Shown here one piece after another: positions 29,644-39,595 of a stretch of DNA of 64,000 nucleotides (position 1 is its first letter; the number at the start of each line of letters is the position of its first letter). The stretch is from Phycisphaerae bacterium (lineage in GTDB: Bacteria > Planctomycetota > Phycisphaerae > UBA1845 > Fen-1342). The stretch spans positions 1 to 64,000 of the forward strand of contig JASFQK010000039.1 of assembly GCA_050115495.1 (NCBI GenBank). The letters run 5' to 3'. A program made the translations under genes and the position numbers. The notes under the pieces are model-generated. The model worked only from the letters and a program-made list of their open reading frames with translations, searched no databases and was not told where the DNA came from.

Positions 29644-30939
29644 ATGGAAATCGAGAACGTGCAACCGCTGTACGAACGTCACGGCGGATTCCTCTGGGGC
29701 CTGGTGGGCAGCGTGATCGGCGCGGCCGCCGGGGCCGCGGTCTGGGCGGCCGTGGCGATGCTGTCGAATTACGAACTAGGCATCATCGCCTGGCTCCTCG
29801 GCGGTCTGGCCGGCTGGGGCATGGCGTGGGGGCATCATCGGGGGCGGGTCGGCGCCGGCCTCACCGCCGCCCTGATCGCCCTGCTGGGCATCCTGCTCGC
29901 GCGCACGGTGATGTTGAGCTACTTCTTTCGCGAGGACCTGGCCGCCGCGGAGAGCACGCTGGCCCTCTACGAGCGGCCCGCCGAGCAAGCCGAGAAGATC
30001 ATCCAGCTCGCCCACGACGACGCCACCGAGGAATCGAAGCGGGAAGGACGCTGCCCGTTTGACGAGCAGTACATGCAGACCGTGGCCAAAGCAGCCGCGC
30101 ACTATCTCGCCCTGCCGGAACCGGAACTCGCGAAGGCGTATGAGGAACACCAGCAGTGGCGACGCGAGGGTCGCCTGGAAGACCGAGCGTGGCTGGAGAT
30201 GGCCCTGCCCTCCTACTTCGCCACCGAGGAGCACCCGGAGATCTTTCTCGACCAGGAACCGATGACGCCCGAACGGTGGGAAGCCTGCCGCCACGACGCG
30301 CAGACGCGCGCTGCCGCCCTGAGCGCCGACGAGCAGGCGGCCACCTGCCGCCGGCTGGTCCAGCTCTGGACGGTGGCTTCACACGACTGCCATCGCCGCC
30401 TGATGGAGAGCCACGCCGCGTTCGAGGACAGGCCGCGAGAACTGGAGCTCTTCCGTCAGGCCTACGCGGAGGCGAAAGCGCTGTCGGACGATGAGCTTGG
30501 CCAGCGTTACCTGGCGGCCATGAACTGGGACGACGAGGGACAGTGGGAGGATCCGGCGTGGCTGCGGCTACGTCTGGCGTACATCTACGCCGAGGATGCC
30601 TGGCGGCAACGTGAGATGAAGTCGTGGATCGATTCCCCAACACCGGGAGCAGCCTGGGACGCGTGCATCGAGGACGGTTTGCAGCGGGCGGCTGCGGTCG
30701 CCGAGGCATCGCTACCCGACGTTGTCCGCAGGGAGCACAGCGAGATCGAACACGGCAGCCGGCAGCGTGAAATGGCTGTGGGGCGTGCCCTGCTCCCCTT
30801 CGCCCCGCTCATTCTGGCGGTGCTGGGAGTCCAGTGGATCGACATCATCTTCATCGGACTGGCGGTCTTCACGGCCTATCGCGTCGCCACCCGTCGGTAC
30901 CGGCAGGCGAAGGCAGCCAACCTGCCGGACGTCCCGTAA
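29644..30939 (+). CDS. Membrane protein with duplicated soluble domain, unknown function
   Basis: Three N-terminal TMs, C-terminal TM (IDIIFIGLAVFTAYR), internal ~125-aa repeat. Confidence 0.7.
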   Translation: MEIENVQPLYERHGGFLWGLVGSVIGAAAGAAVWAAVAMLSNYELGIIAWLLGGLAGWGMAWGHHRGRVGAGLTAALIALLGILLARTVMLSYFFREDLAAAESTLALYERPAEQAEKIIQLAHDDATEESKREGRCPFDEQYMQTVAKAAAHYLALPEPELAKAYEEHQQWRREGRLEDRAWLEMALPSYFATEEHPEIFLDQEPMTPERWEACRHDAQTRAAALSADEQAATCRRLVQLWTVASHDCHRRLMESHAAFEDRPRELELFRQAYAEAKALSDDELGQRYLAAMNWDDEGQWEDPAWLRLRLAYIYAEDAWRQREMKSWIDSPTPGAAWDACIEDGLQRAAAVAEASLPDVVRREHSEIEHGSRQREMAVGRALLPFAPLILAVLGVQWIDIIFIGLAVFTAYRVATRRYRQAKAANLPDVP

Positions 30940-31000
30940 CGTCCAGGCTGGGCACTGGACGTCTTCACCGCGGACACCACACAGCAGGTGCAGCCAACCG

Positions 31001-31825
31001 ATGACACCCGACCCCGCCGTCTGGAACGGACAATACAAGCTTCCCTGGAACGACCCCGCCTTCAGCCGGCGGATGCTGGCTGAGCACCTGTCGCAGGAGC
31101 ACGATCTGGCCAGCCGCCGGACTGACTGGATCGACCGGCAAGTCGACTGGCTGCACGCGCGCCTGCTCGGCGGCAAGCCGGCCCGCGTGCTTGACCTGGG
31201 TTGCGGCCCGGGGTTCTACGTCCGCCGGCTGGCGCCGCGGGGGCATCAGTGCCACGGCATCGACTTCGGGCCGGCGTCGATCGAGTACGCCCGACAGCAT
31301 CATCCCGCCAACACGCCCGGCGAGTACATCCTCGCCGACGTGCGCGACGCCGAGTTCGGCGGGCCACACGATCTGGCGATGATGCTGTACGGCGAACTGA
31401 ACGTGTTCTCGCCGGCGGAGGCGGCGGCGATCATCGGCAGGGCGCGGGCCAGCCTCGCGCCGGGCGGCGTCCTGATCGCCGAAGTGCAGACGCCGGAATC
31501 GGTCGAGGCCGCCGGCCGCGCTGCGCCTTCCGAGCAGCGGTCGGCATCTGGGCTGTTCTCCGACCGGCCGCATCGCTGCCGCACGGAGAACCGCTGGCTG
31601 CCGCAGGAGCGGGTGACGGTCCAGACGTTCCACGTCACCGACGACGCCGGCGGGCCGCCGCAAGAGTACCGCTCCACGACAAAGGCTTGGCCGGACGATG
31701 AGCTCGTCGATCTCTTCCTGGGCGTCGGCTTTGCGCACGTCACCCGCCGGGAGGATTGGCCGAGCAACACCGACAGCCTGGCCCTCTGGCTGGCGACGAC
31801 AGAAGAGGTGACCGCCAGCGACTGA
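31001..31825 (+). CDS. Class I SAM-dependent methyltransferase
   Basis: VLDLGCGPG motif I, GIDF, LAPGGVL; PWNDPAFSRRMLAEHL N-terminus. Confidence 0.9.
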   Translation: MTPDPAVWNGQYKLPWNDPAFSRRMLAEHLSQEHDLASRRTDWIDRQVDWLHARLLGGKPARVLDLGCGPGFYVRRLAPRGHQCHGIDFGPASIEYARQHHPANTPGEYILADVRDAEFGGPHDLAMMLYGELNVFSPAEAAAIIGRARASLAPGGVLIAEVQTPESVEAAGRAAPSEQRSASGLFSDRPHRCRTENRWLPQERVTVQTFHVTDDAGGPPQEYRSTTKAWPDDELVDLFLGVGFAHVTRREDWPSNTDSLALWLATTEEVTASD

Positions 31826-31898
31826 CCGCCGTGCGCTTGCACGATCGAGCCAGACCGGAGACGATCCGGACACAACGACATCGGGGAGTGAGTGTGCC

Positions 31899-33836
31899 AT
31901 GCTGAATCTCCAGATCGAGCGCCTGAGGAAGCTGCCACCCCATGCAGACGAAACGTGGCAGGCCGGCCTGTTCCACATGCCCATGTGGGTTGAGGATGAT
32001 GAGGGCGGTCTCTTTCGACCGTGGTTTGCGCTGTGCATCGCCCCGGTCACGCGGCGCGTTGGATCGGCGCAGCCGCGGGTCGCGCCCGAGCGTGCCCCGG
32101 GGCAGGTGCTCGATGCCGTCGGCAGCCTGGCCACCGGGCAGTACGGCGGCTACCGCCCGGGCCGGGTGGCAGTCCGGGCGGCGGACGTCGCCGAGGCGCT
32201 CCGCCCTGCGCTGGCCGAGATCGGCATCGAGGTGGTCGAGCAACCGGAACTGCCCGATCTCTACGAGGCCTATCGGGAGATGTCCCGTGTCTCCCTGGAA
32301 GGCGAGGAAGACCCCGCCGCCCTGGTTGTTAAGGGCGTGACCATCGAACACTTGCGAGCCTTTGCCGAGGCAGCTCGGGATTTCTACCAAGCCGCACCCT
32401 GGCAGCATCTGTCCACCGACGACCTCATCGAGATCGTCGCCCCGAAGCCGCCGACCGGCCTGCGCTTCGCCACCGTGCTGGGTGCCGGCGGCCACGAGTA
32501 CGGCATGGGCTTCTATGACTCGCGCCGGCGTTACGAGCGCATATACGAAACCGCCGACCCGCACAGCGTCCTCACGACCGGAACCCCCGTCTGGTCGTTC
32601 AGCTACGCACCGGTAATGGCCATGCCCTTCGGGGACGCGGACGCCTGGGAGCAACATAACCTGCCCGTCGCTGATGAAGACGCCTATCCGCTCCTGGCGT
32701 GCTACGGTTCGAAGCAGACCATACAGCGCCCGACTCCGCGGCAATGGGCCTTCGCTGAAGGGCTGCTGCGGGCGCTCGCCGCTTCGACCGAGGCCGAGAT
32801 GGACACCGGCCGGTGGTCCAAGACGGTCGAGACGATCGACGGGCCGGCGGAATACACGCTGTCGTTGCCGCTACTGGAGGAGCCACCCAAGGACGCCACG
32901 CGCGGCTGGGCGGCCGGCCCACCCGATCCGCGCGCCATGGAGCGGATGTACACCGACATGGAGCGGGCGGCCCAGCGAGCCGGCGTCTCGTCCGAGAAGG
33001 AGCTCGAGGCGTTCTACAGGGAAAGCTTCCTCAACAAGCCCGTGCCGCGCCAACCGGGGCGCACGCCGCTGGAACGCGCCCAGGATTTGATCTACGAGGC
33101 ACTGGCGACCGGCGGCCGCCGGCAGTTGCGCTTCGTTCGTCAGGCGCTCGAAGTCTGCCCCGACTGCGCGGACGCCTACGTCCTTCTGGCCGAACGAGAG
33201 ACGGACCCGCAGCGTGCCGGTGAGCTTTACACCCAGGGCGTTGCCGCTGGTGAGCGCGCCCTCGGCCCCGAGGTGTTCACCGCCGACGCGGGGCACTTCT
33301 GGGGAATCCTGAAGACGCGGCCGTACATGCGGGCGCGGGCCGGGCTCGCTCAGTACTACGAGCACACCGAGCAGTGGGACGAGGCCATCACGCACTACCA
33401 GGACATGATGCGCCTCAACCCCAACGACAATCAGGGCGTACGTTTCGCGCTGGCCGCATGCCTCCTGCGCAAGAAGGACTACGCCGCCGTGGAGAAGCTG
33501 CTCGCCCCGCGCGAGGAGCCGGCGGCGCACTGGCACTTCCTGATGGCGCTGACCGCCTTCGCCGCCGGAGGCGACACGCCGGAAGCCCGCGAGCGGGCGA
33601 AGGCCGCCCATAAGTTCAATCGCCACGTGCGCAAGTACCTGCTGGGCCGCGCCGAGTTGCCGGATGTGCCGCCGCTGGGCTTCCATCCTCGCGAAGACGA
33701 CGAAGCCGTCTGCGTGGTCTACGACATGCTCGAAGACTGGCACGGGGTCGAGGGTGCCCTGGCCTGGTTCGAGCAGACCACGAAGTCGCCGCCGCGCAAG
33801 CGCCCGCGACGGGCGAAGTCCGGCGGCAGGCGCTGA
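31899..33836 (+). CDS. Conserved hypothetical protein with C-terminal TPR region
   Basis: AQDLIYEA..ALEVCPDCADAYVLLA, FWGILKTRPYMRAR, LNPNDNQGVR helical-repeat pattern. Confidence 0.75.
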   Translation: MLNLQIERLRKLPPHADETWQAGLFHMPMWVEDDEGGLFRPWFALCIAPVTRRVGSAQPRVAPERAPGQVLDAVGSLATGQYGGYRPGRVAVRAADVAEALRPALAEIGIEVVEQPELPDLYEAYREMSRVSLEGEEDPAALVVKGVTIEHLRAFAEAARDFYQAAPWQHLSTDDLIEIVAPKPPTGLRFATVLGAGGHEYGMGFYDSRRRYERIYETADPHSVLTTGTPVWSFSYAPVMAMPFGDADAWEQHNLPVADEDAYPLLACYGSKQTIQRPTPRQWAFAEGLLRALAASTEAEMDTGRWSKTVETIDGPAEYTLSLPLLEEPPKDATRGWAAGPPDPRAMERMYTDMERAAQRAGVSSEKELEAFYRESFLNKPVPRQPGRTPLERAQDLIYEALATGGRRQLRFVRQALEVCPDCADAYVLLAERETDPQRAGELYTQGVAAGERALGPEVFTADAGHFWGILKTRPYMRARAGLAQYYEHTEQWDEAITHYQDMMRLNPNDNQGVRFALAACLLRKKDYAAVEKLLAPREEPAAHWHFLMALTAFAAGGDTPEARERAKAAHKFNRHVRKYLLGRAELPDVPPLGFHPREDDEAVCVVYDMLEDWHGVEGALAWFEQTTKSPPRKRPRRAKSGGRR

Positions 33837-33956
33837 GGTCACGGCCCCTGTTGTGCCATAGAGAGGCAGGTCGATCGGCGGGCGAAGCTCGCCCTACGGC
33901 TCGCCGCGAGCCTCTCACGCTGTGAGGAAGCAAACGCGCTTTTCGTAGAGCCGCGG

Positions 33957-33988
33957 TTGCCGACAAAGGAACGTGTACGTATAATACG
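33957..33988 (+). promoter_or_regulatory. Sigma70 promoter TTGCCG-N17-TATAAT overlapped by palindrome CGTATAATACG (putative MarR operator)
   Basis: Perfect -10 at 33980-33985; 17-nt spacer; 11-bp palindrome 33978-33988 just upstream of marR. Confidence 0.7.
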
Positions 33989-34013
33989 CATCTTAACTTT
34001 GTGAGGCCGCCGC

Positions 34014-34502
34014 TTGCCCCGCTCCAGACCTGCCAAAGACGACATGTACCATCTGGAAGCCTCCCTCGGCTTCCTGGTCTACCGCGTGCACCAGCACGCC
34101 GCCGCCGCGTTTCGCCACGCCCTCGAACCGGTGGGGCTGACCCCGCCGCAGTTCGGCGTGCTGGCCCGGCTGTGTGTGGAGAATGGCCAGCGCCAGGCTA
34201 CGCTCTGTGAACGCTGTGCCGTCGACCCGAATACGATGGTCGGTATCGTCGATCGGCTGGAGAAGGCCGGCCTCGTCGTCCGCCGGCGGGACCCGCAGGA
34301 CCGCCGGGCGTGCCTCGTGCAGATCACCGCCAAAGGTCGGCGGGCGTTCGCCGGCTGCGCCCCGGCACGTGCCGCCGCCTCGGCTGAGGCGTGGGCGGCG
34401 CTAACACGCGCCGAGCAGGGCCGCCTGCGAAACCTGTTGCGCAAGGCACTGCGTCTCCCGCCGCTACCCGCTCAAGGAAAGGACCCCGCTGATGGCTGCT
34501 GA
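34014..34502 (+). CDS. MarR-family transcriptional regulator (start TTG 34014 or ATG 34044)
   Basis: GLTPPQFGVL, VDRLEKAGLVVR..DPQDRR..ITAKG. Confidence 0.9.
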   Translation: MPRSRPAKDDMYHLEASLGFLVYRVHQHAAAAFRHALEPVGLTPPQFGVLARLCVENGQRQATLCERCAVDPNTMVGIVDRLEKAGLVVRRRDPQDRRACLVQITAKGRRAFAGCAPARAAASAEAWAALTRAEQGRLRNLLRKALRLPPLPAQGKDPADGC

Positions 34503-35820
34503 ACCGCCGGTACAAGCGACCAACTCCACCGCCCCCACCAGCAACGGGCGTCCCGCCAGCCGGCGGCGCCTGCTGCTGATCGTGCCGCTGGTGCTGGCCG
34601 GTCTGGGCTACGCCGGCTACTGGTACGTCTGGAGCTTCTCGCACGAACACACCGACGATGCTCAGACGGAAGGGCACATCCACGCTGTCGCCGCCAAGGT
34701 CCCCGGCTACGTCGCCGAGGTCTGCGTCGAGTCGAACCAGGTCGTCGCCGCCGGCGATGTGCTGGTGCGCATTCAGGCGGACGATTACGAGGCCCAGGTT
34801 CGTTTGGCAGAGGCCCGCCAGGGCCAGGCCGCGGCCGACCTCGCCGTCGCCCAGCAGATCGTCACGGTGCTGCGTGGCAAGACAACCGCGGCTATCGCCG
34901 CTGCCCAGGCCGCCGTCCGTGAGCAGGAAGCCCAGCTCGAAGCCTCCCGCAAGGACGCCGAGAGTGCTCAGGCCAACCTGGCGGCGGCCACCGCCGGCCG
35001 TGACCAGTCCCAGGCCCAGGTGCAGGCTGCCCAGGCCGATTACGACTACGCTGGCTACAACCTCCGCCGCATCACGGCGCTGCGTGAGGAGAAGCAAGCC
35101 GCCGAAGATGAGATCCAGTTGGCCGAGGCGCAGTACCGCGCCGCTGAGGCGAAGCTCGCCGCCGCCAATGAGGCAGTCAAGCTCGCCGGCGCCCAGATCG
35201 ACGCCGCCGAGCACGCGTTAGCGGCGGCCGAGGCGAAGGTCCTCGTCGATGAGGCCACGGTCGATCAGCAGAAGAGCAAGCTCGACGATGCCATGACCGG
35301 CCCGGACCAGGTCCGCGCCGCCGAGGGCCGGGTCGAAATGGCCCGCGCCGCCCTGCTCGCCGCCGACGCCCAGCTCGACGTGGCCCGCCTCAACCTGAGC
35401 TACTGCACGATCACCGCTCCCGCCGGCGGCGTGGTCAGCAAGCGCTCCGTCGAGCTCGGCCAGTACCTCCAACCGGGTCAGCCGTTCCTCGCCCTCGTGC
35501 CGCTCGACGACACGTGGGTCGTGGCCAACTTCAAGGAAACGCAGCTGCAGAATCTCCGGCCCGGACAGCCGGCCACGCTCCGCGTCGACGCCTATCCGGG
35601 CCACCCGTTTCACGGGCACATCGACAGCATCGCCGCCGGCACCGGGGCCCGTTTCAGCCTCCTGCCGCCGGAGAACGCGACCGGCAACTACGTGAAGGTC
35701 GTGCAGCGCGTGCCGGTGAAGATCGTGCTCGACGCCGATCAGCATGACCCGCAGCGACCGCTGCGACCGGGCATGAACGTCATCGTGACTATCGACACGT
35801 CGGAGCAGGCCGGATCGTGA
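34492..35820 (+). CDS. emrA: HlyD/EmrA-family membrane fusion protein
   Basis: TDDAQ, VANFKETQL, FSLLPPENATGNYVKVVQRVPVKI. Confidence 0.9.
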   Translation: MAAEPPVQATNSTAPTSNGRPASRRRLLLIVPLVLAGLGYAGYWYVWSFSHEHTDDAQTEGHIHAVAAKVPGYVAEVCVESNQVVAAGDVLVRIQADDYEAQVRLAEARQGQAAADLAVAQQIVTVLRGKTTAAIAAAQAAVREQEAQLEASRKDAESAQANLAAATAGRDQSQAQVQAAQADYDYAGYNLRRITALREEKQAAEDEIQLAEAQYRAAEAKLAAANEAVKLAGAQIDAAEHALAAAEAKVLVDEATVDQQKSKLDDAMTGPDQVRAAEGRVEMARAALLAADAQLDVARLNLSYCTITAPAGGVVSKRSVELGQYLQPGQPFLALVPLDDTWVVANFKETQLQNLRPGQPATLRVDAYPGHPFHGHIDSIAAGTGARFSLLPPENATGNYVKVVQRVPVKIVLDADQHDPQRPLRPGMNVIVTIDTSEQAGS

Positions 35821-37415
35821 GCAACGTGTCGGCGCTGACGCTGGACACTCGCACCGCGGCGCGGGAGCTCGCGCCGGGTGGCGTCAACCCGTGGTGGGTC
35901 GCCGTCGCGGTCATGCTCGGCACCTTCATGGAGGTGCTGGACACCACGATTGTCAACGTCGCCCTGCCGCACGTCGCCGGCAACCTCTCCGCCGGCGTCG
36001 AAGAAAGCACCTGGGTCCTCACCAGTTACCTGGTCTCGAACGCCATCGTCCTGCCGGCGTCGGGCTGGCTGGCCCGCCGTTTCGGACGCAAGCGGCTGTT
36101 CATGGCCTGCATCATCGTTTTCACGATCAGCTCGCTGGCGTGCGGCTTGGCCCAGAGCCTGCCGGCGCTCATCGTCTGCCGCATCCTGCAAGGGCTCGGT
36201 GGCGGTGCCATGCAGCCTATCTCGCAGGCGATCCTGCTGGAGAGCTTCCCCCGCCGCAAACACGGTCTGGCCATGGCCGCGTTCGGCATCGGCGTGGTCA
36301 TCGCCCCGATCATCGGGCCGACGCTCGGCGGCTGGCTGACGGACAATTACTCCTGGCGCTGGTGCTTCTACATCAATCTGCCCGTGGGCATCCTGGCTCT
36401 GCTGCTGATCCAGACGTTCGTCTTCGACCCCTCGTACCTGCGGCAAAGCAAGCCCGGACGCATCGACTACCTCGGGCTGGGCTTGCTCGCCCTCGGACTG
36501 GGCACGCTCCAACTCGTGCTCGACAAGGGGCAGACCGAAGACTGGTTCCAGTCGCCCTGGCTGACGAAGGTCGCCATCGTCAGCGCGGCCTCGTTGATCC
36601 TGCTCGTCTTCTGGGAACTGCGGGCCGAGCACCCCATCGTCGATCTGCGCGCCTTGCGTGACCGCAACCTCGCCCTCGGCACCATCATGATGTTCGGCTT
36701 CGGTGCCGCTCTCTACGGCAGCACCGTGCTCTACCCGATCATGCTGCAAACGCTCCTGCACTACACCGCCCTGCTCAGCGGTTTCGCCCTCTCGCCCGGC
36801 GGCCTGGCCACGCTGCTGTTCATGCCGATCTGCGGGCGGCTGGTCGGCGTGGTCGACCCGCGCAAGCTGATCTTTTTCGGCTTCAGCGTCTGCTCGCTCT
36901 CCCTGTTCATGATGTCGGGATTCAACCTGCAAGTGGACTTCAACGCCGTCGTCTGGCCGCGTATCGTCCTCGGCATCGGCATGGCGTTCACCTTCGTTCC
37001 GCTGACGGCGGTTACGTTCACGACGATCCCGCGTGAGGACATGGGCAACGCCACCGGCATCTACAACCTCATGCGCAATATCGGCGGCAGCGCCGGCATC
37101 GCCATGGTCACCACGCTGCTCGCTCGCCGTGCCCAACTCCACCAGAGCACCCTCGTCGCGAACGTGACGCCGTACGATGTCCAGGTGCAGCGCTCGCTGG
37201 AGCAGTCCGCGCACATGCTCCAGGCCGCGGCCCCGCCGGGGGCCGTCGTCGCACCGACGCCGCCGGTGGCCGTGCTCTACGGCGAAGTGCAGCGGCAATG
37301 TACGATGCAGGCGGTCCTGGACAACTTCTGGCTGATGGGCGTGGTGATGGCGGTGCTGGTGGTCGGGCTGCTGCTGCTGCGTCGGCCCCGGCATGCCCCC
37401 GGAGCCCACGAATGA
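35817..37415 (+). CDS. emrB: DHA2-family (EmrB/QacA) MFS efflux permease
   Basis: MEVLDTTIVNVALP, WVLTSYLVSNA, GPTLGGWLTDNYSWRWCFYINLP; GTGA overlap with emrA. Confidence 0.9.
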   Translation: MSNVSALTLDTRTAARELAPGGVNPWWVAVAVMLGTFMEVLDTTIVNVALPHVAGNLSAGVEESTWVLTSYLVSNAIVLPASGWLARRFGRKRLFMACIIVFTISSLACGLAQSLPALIVCRILQGLGGGAMQPISQAILLESFPRRKHGLAMAAFGIGVVIAPIIGPTLGGWLTDNYSWRWCFYINLPVGILALLLIQTFVFDPSYLRQSKPGRIDYLGLGLLALGLGTLQLVLDKGQTEDWFQSPWLTKVAIVSAASLILLVFWELRAEHPIVDLRALRDRNLALGTIMMFGFGAALYGSTVLYPIMLQTLLHYTALLSGFALSPGGLATLLFMPICGRLVGVVDPRKLIFFGFSVCSLSLFMMSGFNLQVDFNAVVWPRIVLGIGMAFTFVPLTAVTFTTIPREDMGNATGIYNLMRNIGGSAGIAMVTTLLARRAQLHQSTLVANVTPYDVQVQRSLEQSAHMLQAAAPPGAVVAPTPPVAVLYGEVQRQCTMQAVLDNFWLMGVVMAVLVVGLLLLRRPRHAPGAHE

Positions 37416-38740
37416 CCGCGACCGAGCCGCGTCCGGGCCGCTTCGGTCATGCTTTCCGAGCACTGCGTCACTGCAACTACCGCCTCTTCTTCGCCGGCCA
37501 GGCCGTCTCCCTGATCGGCACGTGGATCTCGCGCATCGCCATCGGCTGGCTGGTCTACCGGCTGACCGACTCGGCGTTCATGCTCGGCTTGGTCAGCTTC
37601 GTGGGGCTGGTGCCGGCGTTCCTGCTGACGCCGCTGGGCGGCATCGTCGCCGACCGTATCCCCCGTCGGCGCGTGCTGGTGTGCACGCAGATCATGCTCA
37701 TGCTGACTTCATTCGCCCTGGCCTTCTTCGCGTTACGAGGCACGATCACGCCCGTGCACATGATCGTGCTCGGCGCGATACAGGGGTTGTGCAACGCCTT
37801 CGACGTCCCCGCCCGGCAGGCGTTCGTCGTGGAGATGGTCGAGGGTCCGGCCGACCTGGGCAGCGCCATCGCCATGAACTCGATGATCTTCAACAGCGCC
37901 CGGCTGCTCGGACCGTCCATCGCCGGCGTGCTGATCGCCGTCTTCGGCGAAGGGCTGTGCTTCCTGATCGACGGGGCGAGCTTTCTGGCGGTGATCAGTG
38001 CCCTGCTGGCCATGCGCGTCGCCGTGCGGGAGACGGCTCACAAGGACCACCACGTGTTGCACGAGCTACGCGAGGGGCTGGCGGCGGCGTTCGGCTTCGC
38101 CCCGATTCGAGCGATCCTGCTACTGATGGCCCTGACCAGCCTCGTGGGCATGCCCTACGCCGTGCTGATGCCCGTCTTCGCTCGCACCGTATTGCATGGT
38201 GGCGCGATCACGCTGGGCTTCCTGATGGCCGCCGCGGGCGTCGGCGCGCTGCTCGGCGCACTCTGGCTGGCGATGCGCGAGAGCGTGCTCGGGCTCGGCC
38301 GGCTCATCGCCGCCGGCGGGATCGTCGCCGGCATCGCCCTGGTGGCGTTCGGCCTGTCCAGCACGTTGTGGCTGTCGTTGCCGATCCTGCTGGTGATCGG
38401 CGTGGCGTTGATGGTGCAGAGCGCCGCCTGCAACACGATCGTGCAGACTATCGTCGACGACGCCACACGCGGCCGCGTGATGGGTTTCTTCGCCATGGCC
38501 TTCCTGGGCACCATGCCGTTCGGCAATCTGCTGGCCGGCACGCTGGCCCGGCACGTCGGCGCTCCGCGGACCGTCATGCTCGGCGGCTGCGTGTGCATCC
38601 TGGCCGCGACCATCTTCGCCCGGCTGCTGCCCGGGCTGCGCGAGCTGATCCGACCGATCTACATCGCCCGCGGCATTCTGCCCCCCCTGCCCGAAGGTGT
38701 CGGCAGCACCGCCGCCCTCGTTCCACCCGCCCGCGATTGA
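37412..38740 (+). CDS. MFS transporter (transmembrane secretion effector-like)
   Basis: NYRLFFAGQAVSLIGTW, FDVPARQAF, ~12 TMs; ATGA overlap. Confidence 0.88.
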   Translation: MTATEPRPGRFGHAFRALRHCNYRLFFAGQAVSLIGTWISRIAIGWLVYRLTDSAFMLGLVSFVGLVPAFLLTPLGGIVADRIPRRRVLVCTQIMLMLTSFALAFFALRGTITPVHMIVLGAIQGLCNAFDVPARQAFVVEMVEGPADLGSAIAMNSMIFNSARLLGPSIAGVLIAVFGEGLCFLIDGASFLAVISALLAMRVAVRETAHKDHHVLHELREGLAAAFGFAPIRAILLLMALTSLVGMPYAVLMPVFARTVLHGGAITLGFLMAAAGVGALLGALWLAMRESVLGLGRLIAAGGIVAGIALVAFGLSSTLWLSLPILLVIGVALMVQSAACNTIVQTIVDDATRGRVMGFFAMAFLGTMPFGNLLAGTLARHVGAPRTVMLGGCVCILAATIFARLLPGLRELIRPIYIARGILPPLPEGVGSTAALVPPARD

Positions 38741-39028
38741 CACCCGTTTTCCCACACGCCACGTCGTTTGACACCCGTTGGTCGCCTTCAACCGACGGCG
38801 ACGCCACGTCTCCGGTTTCCAGTACCAGCGTTGACGACACCAGAACTCGCCGTCCCGTGACGCTGGGCACCGAACGTACCGCCCTTCCGGCGAAGTCGAG
38901 GGCGCCATACACCGATACAACACCGTGGCGCCGACAGCAGTACCCCGCGCACGGGGTGGTCGAGGCCGCCTTCGCCAATCGCGAGCAAGTCGCCACACCG
39001 GAAGCCACGAGCGGACACGGTACGCACC

Positions 39029-39595
39029 ATGGTCGGGCTGATCCACAGGCTGTTGTTTGGCTTGGTCGAGTCGACGGCCGGCAGCGGGGCCCTGCGCGAA
39101 ATCCGCCGCCGCGCCGGGATCGCCGACGAGCGCATCTTCCAGATGGCCCAGACCTACGACGACGAGGAATGGCGGCGGCTGTTCGGGGCTACGTGCGACG
39201 TGCTGGGCCTCACCCGCGAGCAAGCGGAAGAGGCCTTCGCCGCGTACTTCATCCGTGACGCCCTCCAGCGCTGGCCCGGGTGGTTCGCGATGTGCTCCAA
39301 CGCCCGCGAGTTCCTGGAGCGCCAGCCGAAGATCCACAACAGCATCGCCGCCAGTGTCCAGGATCCGGCGGCCCGACAGGCCATGCAGGACAAGTTCAGC
39401 GTCATCAGCAGCGACGACGAGCTGATCGCGCATTACCGGTCCGCCAACCAGCTCTGCGGGCTCTACAAGGCGATGGCCCGACACATCCTGGCGCACTACG
39501 GCACGTCCGGGACGATCGACGAGGTGCGCTGTCAGCGGAATGGGGACCCCGAGTGCGAGATCCACATCCGCTGGGCAAAGGGGGGCGCGTCGTGA
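39029..39595 (+). CDS. H-NOX (heme NO/O2-binding) domain protein, divergent
   Basis: 188 aa; MxGxI start, YDDEE, proximal His (PKIHN), YxS motif (YRSAN), C-terminal cysteines; heads a kinase operon. Confidence 0.8.
   Translation: MVGLIHRLLFGLVESTAGSGALREIRRRAGIADERIFQMAQTYDDEEWRRLFGATCDVLGLTREQAEEAFAAYFIRDALQRWPGWFAMCSNAREFLERQPKIHNSIAASVQDPAARQAMQDKFSVISSDDELIAHYRSANQLCGLYKAMARHILAHYGTSGTIDEVRCQRNGDPECEIHIRWAKGGAS

Noticed and set aside
15330..33836. Possible anti-phage defence island or biosynthetic cluster
   Set aside because: Genes are mixed-orientation housekeeping, stress and transport functions with no defence or biosynthetic signature motifs
38890..38920. Sigma28-like promoter (GAAG-N15-ACCGATAC) before the H-NOX operon
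   Set aside because: Too many mismatches to TAAA-N15-GCCGATAA to call by eye
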